This document shows, one piece after another, positions 56,788 to 64,000 of a DNA stretch of 64,000 nt. The position numbers were made by a program, and so were the translations under genes. The DNA is from an uncultured Phycisphaeraceae bacterium (GTDB lineage Bacteria > Planctomycetota > B15-G4 > JADJEK01). Under the pieces are notes generated by a model. That model ran no database searches. It had not been told where the DNA came from and worked only from the letters and a program-made list of their open reading frames with translations. The DNA lies in NCBI GenBank assembly GCA_964649825.1, contig CAZYQW010000086.1, positions 21,027 to 85,026 of the forward strand. Direction: 5' to 3'. Position 1 is the stretch's first letter; every line of letters starts with the position of its first letter.

Positions 56788-58425
56788 ATGCTCGCACGAT
56801 CGATCGGTCTCGTCACGCTCGCCGGGCTCGGCGCGTGCGGAACGCTTGGAATCGGAGGAATGAACGACATCGACGCTCGCCTGGCCAAGTTCGCCCCCGT
56901 GCGCATCCAGGCCGACCTGTCCGATCTCCCCGCGTCGGAGCGGGAAGCGCTCGACCACCTCGTCGCGGCGGCCAAGCTGATGGAGCCGATCTTCCTCCGG
57001 CAGGCGTGGCACGAGAACCCGCGGCACGCGGAGACTCTCGACGGCCCGGCGCGCGAGCTGTTCTTCATCCACGCTGGTATCTGGGACCGCATCGACGAGG
57101 AGCCGTTCGTCGGATCGACGCCGCGGCCCGAGGTCGCCGGCTTCTACCCCGCCGACCTCACGCGCGAGGAGTTCGATGCGTACGTCGCGGCGCACCCGGA
57201 GCAAAAGGAGGCGCTGGAGAGCCTGTTCACGATCGTCGTGCGCGACGGCACGGGACTCCGCGCGATCCCCTACTCCGAGGCATTCGCCGAGTGGCTCGTG
57301 CCGGCCGCAGAGCACCTACGAGCCGCCGCGCGCGTCACCCGGAACGAGTCGCTGCGCCGCTTCGCCGACAGCCGCGCCGCCGCGTTCCTGTCCGACGACT
57401 ACTACCAGAGCGACGTGGACTGGATGGACCTCGACGGACTGGTCGAGATCACGATCGGGCCGTACGAGACGTACGAGGACCGTCTGTTCGGCTACAAGGC
57501 CGCGTTCGAGGCGTTCGTGACCGTGGCCGACAAGACGGAGAGCGCGCGGCTCGAGCTCTACAAGTCCGAGCTGCCGATGATGGAGCAGAACCTCCCGATC
57601 CCGGACTCGATGAAGAACCTGGATCGCGGCAGCGAGTCGCCGATCCGCGTGGTCGACGTCTACTACGCGTCGGGCGACACGCGCGCCGGCGTGCAGACGA
57701 TCGCGTTCAACCTGCCGAACGACGAGCGCGTGCGCGAGGCGAAGGGGAGCAAGAAGGTGCTCCTGCAGAACGTGATCGAGGCGAAGTACGGCGGGATCCT
57801 GCAGCCGATCGCCGTTGCGATGCTCGTGCCCGAGCAAATCGATCTCGTGACCGCGGACGCGTTCACGAACCAGACGCTCTTCCACGAGCTGTCGCACGGG
57901 CTCGGTCCAGGACGGATCGTGAAGGACGGCCGCGAGACCGAGGTGCGCCTCGAGCTGAAGGACCTCTATTCGCCGCTCGAGGAAGCGAAGGCCGACATCA
58001 TGGGCGTCTACAACCAGCTCCTGATGGTGGAGAAGGGCCTGATGCCCGCCTCGACCACGGAGACCCTCTACCCGACGTGGCTCGCCGGCCTGTTCCGCTC
58101 GATCCGTTTCGGCGTGGAGGAGGCGCACGGCAAGGCGAACATGATCCAGTTCAACTACATGCAGGACCACGGCGCGATCGCGCGCGACCCCACGACCGGC
58201 CGCTACCGGGTCGACTTCGACAAGTTCGCCGACGAGACGAGGAACCTGGTCCGCGACATCTGCGTGCTCCAGGCGAACGGCGACTACGACGGTACGCTCG
58301 AGTTCCTCCTCGAGTACGGCGAGATGGGCGACGAGCTGATGCGCGACCTGACGCGGCTCGAAGGGATTCCGGTCGACGTCCGCCCGATCTACGACCCCGA
58401 CGAGGCGATGGCCGGGCACGGATGA
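56788..58425 (+). CDS. DPP III-like (M49-related) zinc metallopeptidase lipoprotein with an HExxH-variant motif.
   Basis: A GGAGGA site precedes ATG 56788. The lipobox reads MLARSIGLVTLAGLGAC. The zinc motifs read TLFHELSHGLGP and EEAKADIMG, which resemble the M49 HExxGH/EECRAE pair. Confidence 0.6.
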   Translation: MLARSIGLVTLAGLGACGTLGIGGMNDIDARLAKFAPVRIQADLSDLPASEREALDHLVAAAKLMEPIFLRQAWHENPRHAETLDGPARELFFIHAGIWDRIDEEPFVGSTPRPEVAGFYPADLTREEFDAYVAAHPEQKEALESLFTIVVRDGTGLRAIPYSEAFAEWLVPAAEHLRAAARVTRNESLRRFADSRAAAFLSDDYYQSDVDWMDLDGLVEITIGPYETYEDRLFGYKAAFEAFVTVADKTESARLELYKSELPMMEQNLPIPDSMKNLDRGSESPIRVVDVYYASGDTRAGVQTIAFNLPNDERVREAKGSKKVLLQNVIEAKYGGILQPIAVAMLVPEQIDLVTADAFTNQTLFHELSHGLGPGRIVKDGRETEVRLELKDLYSPLEEAKADIMGVYNQLLMVEKGLMPASTTETLYPTWLAGLFRSIRFGVEEAHGKANMIQFNYMQDHGAIARDPTTGRYRVDFDKFADETRNLVRDICVLQANGDYDGTLEFLLEYGEMGDELMRDLTRLEGIPVDVRPIYDPDEAMAGHG

Positions 58426-59021
58426 CCGGCGGCGCGGGCCAGGATGACGTCGCGCGCGCGGTCGGCGGCGACGAGGCGGCGCTCTCGCGGCTGCTGCTGC
58501 GGCACGCCGTTCGGATCCGTCGCTCCATCACGATCGTCCTGCCTCCTCGGCTTCGCGCGCTCCTGTCCGAAGACGACGTCCTGCAGCAGACGTTCACCGA
58601 CGCGTTCCTCGACGTCGACCGGTTCACCGGCGCCGGCGAGGAGGCGTTCGCGGCCTGGCTCGCGCGCCTCGCTCGGAACAACCTGCAGGACGCGATCCGC
58701 GCGCTCGACGCCGTGAAGCGCGGCGGCAAGGAGGCGCCCCGCGCCGACGATGCGAATTCGTTCGAGACGTTGTTCGTGAACCTGCTCGCGCGTACTCGCA
58801 CCACGCCGAGCGGACACGCGGTGCGCGAGGAGATGATCGCGTCGATGCGGGACGCGATCGATCGCCTTCCCGCCGATCACGCTCGCGTCGTCCGGCTCTA
58901 CGACCTGGAATCGCGCCCGATCGCCGAGGTCGCGGCCGCCCTCGGACGGAGCGAGGGCGCGACGTTCCTGCTGCGCCACCGCGCGCATCGCCGGCTGCGG
59001 GACATGCTCGGGGGAGGGTGA
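58422..59021 (+). CDS. ECF sigma factor, Ser/Thr-kinase-associated type (third copy).
   Basis: The ATG overlaps the peptidase stop (ATGA). The ORF reads AVGGDEAALSRLLLRHAVRIRR, has a region 4 (LYDLESRPIAEVAAALGRSEGATFLL), and is similar to the two other ECF sigma copies in the window. Confidence 0.7.
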   Translation: MTGGAGQDDVARAVGGDEAALSRLLLRHAVRIRRSITIVLPPRLRALLSEDDVLQQTFTDAFLDVDRFTGAGEEAFAAWLARLARNNLQDAIRALDAVKRGGKEAPRADDANSFETLFVNLLARTRTTPSGHAVREEMIASMRDAIDRLPADHARVVRLYDLESRPIAEVAAALGRSEGATFLLRHRAHRRLRDMLGGG

Positions 59022-59073
59022 CGGCGCCGACGCGCTCACGACCGCGCGGCGGGACCGGACCTCGTCGTCGCGG

Positions 59074-60864
59074 CTACGGGATCGTGATCCGCACGCCGTT
59101 CGTGTTCGAGAAGCCGAGCGGGATCGCGCCGGCGTCGATGATGAACGCCTGCATCGCCACCGAGACCGACAGGTTCAGCGCGACCGGGATCGCGCCCGGG
59201 ATCGACACCGCGCCGTTTCCGGCGCCGCTGCCGCCGAAGGTCAGCCCGATCGGGCCGGGGAGGAACGGGAACACGTTCGCCACGCAGCCGAACCCGATCT
59301 CGACCGACGCCGGCTGGAGCCCGAGGAAGAGGAGCCCCGTCGCGCCGCCGACCGCGTTCGTGACCGAGAGCGTCACCACCGATCCCTTGGTCGTGCAGCC
59401 GTCCAGGTCGAGCACCGGCACGAACCCGCCGGAGCCGACGCAGCCCGTTCCATAGGAAACCGTCTGGCTGCACTGGCGCTCGTGCGCCCCCATGTCGACG
59501 ACCGGCGCGATGCCGACGCCCGTGTCCGCCGCGTTCACCTCGTCGGAGAAGCGCGGCTGACCGCCCCCGTCGGTCGGCGTCGGCTCGAGCTGGTTCGCGT
59601 CGCCGTCGAGATCGAGCGCGTCCGCGGGAACCGCCGTCCCGTCGCCCGCGTCGACGCACGGCGAGAGCAGGCCCAGGCGCAGGTCGTCGTCGCCGGTCCC
59701 CACCACGTCGTCCGCGCCGTCCGCGTCGAGGAAGAGCGGGTCGAGCCCGACGTTCGTTCCGCCGAGCGCGCCGGTGAGCCCCTGGATGCAGGAGCGGTCG
59801 ACGACGCTCGGCTCCGGGCCGAGCTGGATCTGCGCCGCCTCGCTCAGGACGCCGGACGTCGAGTTCCCCCACAGGATCGAGTTGGTGAGCTGCGTCGCCA
59901 CCCGGAGGAACACGTTGTCCGCGAGCAGGCCGCCCGCCTTCGCGGTCGACACGTTGCCGGCGAAGGTGCAGAGCGCGACGGACAGCGCGACGGGCGCCGT
60001 GAACGAGTCGCCGATGACGTACGCGCCGCCGCCGCCGTCGACCGCGGAGTTGCCGCTGAACCGGCAGTTCACGAGGGTGGCGTCGCCGACCGCGCAGAGC
60101 CCGCCGCCGAGGCCGGTCGAGTGGTTGCCGGCGAACGAGCAGCCCGCGAGGGTGACGTCGCCCGCGTAGAGACCGCCGCCAAGCGCGCCGCCGGCGCTCG
60201 CCCCGGCCCGGTTCTGCTCGAACGCGCAGTAGATCAACGCCGGCGTGCCGGCGCCGACGGCCGCCATGCCGCCTCCGATCGCGCCGAACCCGTCGCCGAC
60301 GAGGTTGTCGCGCACGCGGCAGTTGCGAAGCACGGGGCTCGACGAGACCGAACGAACCCCCGCCCCTTCGTTCGGCGCGGCGTCGTCGTGCCCGCCGCGG
60401 ATCGAGAACCCGTCGAGGGTCGTGGCGCTTCCCGCCGCGCTGAACGTCACCACGTTCAGGCTGTTGTCGCCGCGGTTCGCGAACGCGGGCCCGTCGTCGC
60501 CGGAGAGGTCGCCGGACAGGATCGTCTGATCGAACAGCCCGGCGCGCTGCGCGAGCGTCGCCTCGACGCCGGAGAAGCCGCCGAAGACGGCGACGCCGTC
60601 CGGGATGAGGAACGTCGCGGAACGATCGAGCGGAGTCCGACCGCCGCCGGCGTCCGGCCGATAGGTCCCCGCCGCGACCCACACTTCGTCGCCCGCCGCC
60701 ACCACGGAGAGCGCGTCCTGCAGCGCGGTGAACGCGTCGGTCCACGACGTCCCGTCGTTCGCCCCCATCGCGGAGTCGTCGACGAAGTGGGTCGCGGCGC
60801 CGACCGCGCCGGTCGCGAGGCTGAGGACGAGGACGGCGAGGACGCACGAGCGCCGGTGTCGCAT
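59074..60864 (-). CDS. Secreted right-handed parallel beta-helix repeat protein with a C-terminal module shared with the FG-GAP protein.
   Basis: The ORF starts at ATG 60864. The signal peptide reads MRHRRSCVLAVLVLSLATGAVGAA. Repeated segments such as NxxxGGGxxxxGxxxLxxCxFxGN are typical of pectate-lyase-like beta-helices. The C-terminus reads GTGCVGSGGFVPVLDLDGC... Confidence 0.65.
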   Translation of the reverse strand: MRHRRSCVLAVLVLSLATGAVGAATHFVDDSAMGANDGTSWTDAFTALQDALSVVAAGDEVWVAAGTYRPDAGGGRTPLDRSATFLIPDGVAVFGGFSGVEATLAQRAGLFDQTILSGDLSGDDGPAFANRGDNSLNVVTFSAAGSATTLDGFSIRGGHDDAAPNEGAGVRSVSSSPVLRNCRVRDNLVGDGFGAIGGGMAAVGAGTPALIYCAFEQNRAGASAGGALGGGLYAGDVTLAGCSFAGNHSTGLGGGLCAVGDATLVNCRFSGNSAVDGGGGAYVIGDSFTAPVALSVALCTFAGNVSTAKAGGLLADNVFLRVATQLTNSILWGNSTSGVLSEAAQIQLGPEPSVVDRSCIQGLTGALGGTNVGLDPLFLDADGADDVVGTGDDDLRLGLLSPCVDAGDGTAVPADALDLDGDANQLEPTPTDGGGQPRFSDEVNAADTGVGIAPVVDMGAHERQCSQTVSYGTGCVGSGGFVPVLDLDGCTTKGSVVTLSVTNAVGGATGLLFLGLQPASVEIGFGCVANVFPFLPGPIGLTFGGSGAGNGAVSIPGAIPVALNLSVSVAMQAFIIDAGAIPLGFSNTNGVRITIP

Positions 60865-61175
60865 CGGGGGCTCCAGTTGGGTTCCAGGCTTCAGCTTCTT
60901 CGCGTGCCGCGAAGAACTTGAAGCATATCCACCCGACACGTGACCGCGTCCTCAGGCGCACACGTGGCGTGTGCTTCCTCGGTTGCGGTCCTACCGCGTT
61001 GGGTCGATCGGGGTCGAGTCGATGATGGGCTCGGAAGAGTAACTCATGGGTCGCGCGGCGGACAGACGTCGCCTGCGGATCGCGCCTTCGGCCGCCGCGG
61101 CCCCGGCGGCGCGAAAAAGGACGAGATCCGCGTAAGCGCCCCGGCCCGACTACGCTTCTCCGATCGGAACGACCC

Positions 61176-64000
61176 ATGAAGCTGCCCCACGACGCCTCCG
61201 ACTCGGGATCCCGCGACGCCGACCTGATCCGCGCCGCGCAGGACGACGCCCGGGCGCTGCGAGGGGCGGGGAACGAACGCCGGGCTCCGATCGGCGCGAT
61301 CCGCTTCCCCGGGTACGTCGTCGAGGCGGAGATCCACCGCGGCGGCCAGGGCGTCGTCTTCCGTGCCCGCCAGGAGGGCACCGGACGGCCGGTCGCGATC
61401 AAGCTGCTCCACGGCGGGCCGTTCGCGGGCGACCGCGAGCGGGTCCGGTTCGAGCGCGAGGCGCAGATCCTGGCGCGCCTCAAGCATCCGAACATCGTCG
61501 CGATCCACCACACCGGGCAGTCGGGCGAGGCCGGAGGCGGCGCCTACTTCGTGATGGACCACGTGGACGGCCGGCACCTCGACCGGTACGTGGAGGAGAC
61601 CCGGCTCGCCCCGCGCGCCGTCGTCGTGCTGTTCGAGAAGATCTGCGACGCGGTCCACGCCGCGCACCTCCACGGAGTCATCCACCGCGACTTGAAGCCG
61701 AGCAACATCCGCGTCGACGCGCGCGGCGAGCCGCACGTGCTCGACTTCGGCCTGGCGAAGAGCACGAGCGCCCTGCCGGACCGAACGCCGCCCGTGACCG
61801 ACCCGGGACAGTTCATCGGCTCGCTGCCGTTCGCGAGCCCCGAGCAGGCGGCCGGCGACGGCGGCGCGGTCGACCTGCGGACCGACGTGTACGCGATCGG
61901 CGTGATGCTCTACGTCTGCCTGACCGGCGCGCATCCGTACGACGTCTCCGGGCCGTTGAAGCGCTCCCTCGACAACATCCTGAACGCCGCGCCGGCGCCG
62001 CCGGCGCGACTTCGCCCCGACGTCGACGACGACGTGGCGAGCATCGTGCTCCGCTGTCTCGAGAAGGACCCGCGCCGCCGATACCAGGGCGCCGGCGAGG
62101 TCGCGCGCGACCTCCGCCGCTTCCTCGACGGCGAACCGGTGGACGCGAAACGCGACCGCGCCTTGTACGTCATCTCACGGACGCTGTCCCGCTACCGCAT
62201 GCAGGTCGGCCTCGCCCTCGGGTTCGTCGGAGTGATCGCGGCCGGACTGGTGACGGCGCTCCTCCTTTGGAGCGTCGCGGCGCGCGAACGCGACGCCGCG
62301 TACGAGGCGGGGCTCGCCGCCGACGCGGCTCGCGCCGCGGCCGAGCGCAAGCAGCAGGACCTCGCGCGCCAGCTCTACTTCCACCGGCTGCTCGCGGCGC
62401 AGGTCGCGCTCGACGACGGAAACGTCGCGCGCGTGCGCGAGCTCCTCGATGAAAGCCCGGCCGAGCTCCGCGGCTGGGAGTGGCGGCACCTGGCGTGGAT
62501 GGCCGACCGCTCGGCGCGCACGTTCGTGGCCGGCCGTCCGTTGCTCTGCGTCGACGTGTCGCCGGGAAACGATCGGATCGCGGCCGGCGACGCCGACGGC
62601 GCCCTCCACGTATGGAACGCGATGAGCGGCGCGGTCCTCGACGCACGGCCGCGCCACGACGGCGCGATCCACGGAGTTCGATTCGGTCCCGGCGAGCTCG
62701 TCGCCACCGCCGGCGAGGACGGCGTGGTCCGAGTGACGGACGCGGTCCGCGACGTCACGCTCCCCGGCGCCGGGAGCGAGGTGCGCTGCGTGACGTTCAC
62801 GAACGACGGCGGCGTCGTCGCCGGCGACGACGGCGGCCGCGGCTTCCGGTGGGACGTCGCGACGTCGCGCGAGCTCGCGCGCCGCGAGCTCGGGGGCTCG
62901 ATCCTATCGATCGTCTCTCATGCGATGACGAACGAGGTGCTCGCCGCTGGACGGGACGGCGCGGTGTTCGCGCTCGACGCGGCCACGCTGGAGGTCCGCC
63001 GCGAGGTCGCGCGGCTCGACGCGGGCGTCACGAGCCTCGCGCTCCACGAATCCTCCGGCACCCTCGCGGCCGGCATGGTCAACGGCACGGCCGCGATCAT
63101 CGATCTCCCGAGCGGAGCCGAACGCGGCCGCGTCCGCGCGCACGGCGAGTGGGTGCACGCGGTGTCGTTGAGCGCGGATGGGCTCTTCCTCCTGACCGCC
63201 GGCGCCGACCACACGGTGATGGCGTGGAACGTACGCACGCTGGATCGCGACCGGACGTACCGCGGTCCCACCGACCGCGTCTTCGGCGTCCGCTTCCTCG
63301 CCGACGGCAGGAGCGTCGTCTGCGCGTCTCTCGACGGCACGGTCCGCCTCTTCGACCGCGACGCCGCCGATCGCGCGCGGGTGTTCCAGAGCCACGATGG
63401 ACAGGTCTGGTGCGCCGACTTCGTCGACGCCGGACGCACGTTCGTCGCGGGCGGATCGGACGGTCGACTGCGGCGGTTCGACACGCGCGACGTCACCGGC
63501 GTGCCGCTCGCCCGGCGCGCCCACGACGGGGCCGTGACCTCGCTGGTCGTCGATCGGGCCGAAGAGGTCGTCGTCGCGGCGGGCGCCGACGGACGGGTCA
63601 AGCGCTTCCGCCTCCCCGAGCTGCGGCCGGACGGCGAGCTCTTCGCCGGCGGAGCGTGGATCCACGCGCTCGCGCTGTCGCCGGACGGCGGCACGGTGGC
63701 CGTCGCCTCGCACGACTCGACGGTGCACCTGGTCGCGGCTCGCGACGACGGCGCGCCTCCGCGCCTCCTGGCCACGCTCGAGCGCCGGCCGTACGCGATC
63801 GGGTTCGCCCGCGGCGGCCAGGAGATCGTGGTCGGCGACGCGGCGGGACGGCTCGTTCGCCTCGACGCGAGCCGCGGTGTCACGCGGTCGATCGATCCCG
63901 TCCACGACGGCGTCATCTGGTCGCTCGCGGTCGCCCCCGACGGCGCCACCGTGGCGACCGCATCGGCCGACGGCACGGCGACGATCATCTCGCTCGACGA
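61176..64000 (+). CDS. Ser/Thr protein kinase fused to a TM helix and a WD40 beta-propeller. It is partial and continues past the window end.
   Basis: The kinase motifs read VAIKLLH, VIHRDLKPSNIRV, DFGLAK and GSLPFASPEQ. The TM segment reads VGLALGFVGVIAAGLVTALLLW. Multiple WD-like repeats follow (DGxxxVWN, DxxVRLFD and similar). It is absent from the ORF track because no stop codon is reached. Confidence 0.8.
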   Translation, partial: MKLPHDASDSGSRDADLIRAAQDDARALRGAGNERRAPIGAIRFPGYVVEAEIHRGGQGVVFRARQEGTGRPVAIKLLHGGPFAGDRERVRFEREAQILARLKHPNIVAIHHTGQSGEAGGGAYFVMDHVDGRHLDRYVEETRLAPRAVVVLFEKICDAVHAAHLHGVIHRDLKPSNIRVDARGEPHVLDFGLAKSTSALPDRTPPVTDPGQFIGSLPFASPEQAAGDGGAVDLRTDVYAIGVMLYVCLTGAHPYDVSGPLKRSLDNILNAAPAPPARLRPDVDDDVASIVLRCLEKDPRRRYQGAGEVARDLRRFLDGEPVDAKRDRALYVISRTLSRYRMQVGLALGFVGVIAAGLVTALLLWSVAARERDAAYEAGLAADAARAAAERKQQDLARQLYFHRLLAAQVALDDGNVARVRELLDESPAELRGWEWRHLAWMADRSARTFVAGRPLLCVDVSPGNDRIAAGDADGALHVWNAMSGAVLDARPRHDGAIHGVRFGPGELVATAGEDGVVRVTDAVRDVTLPGAGSEVRCVTFTNDGGVVAGDDGGRGFRWDVATSRELARRELGGSILSIVSHAMTNEVLAAGRDGAVFALDAATLEVRREVARLDAGVTSLALHESSGTLAAGMVNGTAAIIDLPSGAERGRVRAHGEWVHAVSLSADGLFLLTAGADHTVMAWNVRTLDRDRTYRGPTDRVFGVRFLADGRSVVCASLDGTVRLFDRDAADRARVFQSHDGQVWCADFVDAGRTFVAGGSDGRLRRFDTRDVTGVPLARRAHDGAVTSLVVDRAEEVVVAAGADGRVKRFRLPELRPDGELFAGGAWIHALALSPDGGTVAVASHDSTVHLVAARDDGAPPRLLATLERRPYAIGFARGGQEIVVGDAAGRLVRLDASRGVTRSIDPVHDGVIWSLAVAPDGATVATASADGTATIISLD

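Noticed and set aside
53605-56797. 993-aa plus-strand and 666-aa minus-strand ORFs.
   Set aside because: Antisense or alternate frames of ptsI and glyQS. Both real genes have unmistakable motifs.
59036-61513. 825-aa minus-strand ORF and 59482-60921 plus-strand ORF.
   Set aside because: An alternate frame and the antisense of the beta-helix protein gene. The chosen frame (59074-60864) has the signal peptide and beta-helix repeat signatures.
61044-61934. 296-aa minus-strand ORF.
   Set aside because: Antisense to the N-terminal kinase domain of the kinase-WD40 gene.

Overview
This is a 64 kb window of very high-GC (~70%) chromosomal DNA, probably from a Gram-negative bacterium, given the LPS/Kdo-kinase, AmiC-type amidase and lipoprotein genes. 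Because of the GC content, most of the long ORFs on the six-frame track are antisense or shadow artefacts. Reading both strands, I can support about 55 genes, which are tightly packed and frequently joined by 4-nt ATGA/GTGA stop/start overlaps. The housekeeping set includes a sigma-70 family factor, glucokinase, ruvC, ispD-ispF and glyQS-ptsI. A heme cluster runs hemX-like, hemA, hemC, hemD, hemB on the minus strand, with hemL nearby. There are two tRNAs, Glu-CUC and Met-CAU. An LPS-core-type operon carries a tandem Kdo/WaaP kinase, GT4 glycosyltransferases and an amidase. Two sulfatase-family genes are present, along with a HepT/MntA toxin-antitoxin pair. The accessory content is notable. There are three ECF sigma factors of the kinase-associated type, each next to or near a large Ser/Thr protein kinase carrying TPR or WD40 domains. 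A four-gene plus-strand operon (23.3-28.8 kb) encodes, through translationally coupled overlaps, a membrane-anchored CarboxypepD_reg-like repeat protein, a small M50 site-2-protease-like protein, an alpha/beta hydrolase and a heptaheme c-type cytochrome fused to TPR repeats. Two secreted proteins, one FG-GAP and one beta-helix, share a ~130-aa C-terminal module. A conserved ~80-nt non-coding element recurs upstream of two secreted-protein genes. A lower-GC segment (14.0-15.4 kb) contains an ORF-free AT-rich stretch bounded by a strong hairpin. I found no rRNA, no CRISPR array and no transposase. All functional calls rest on motif-level reading of translations, with no database search, so they should be treated as family-level hypotheses.
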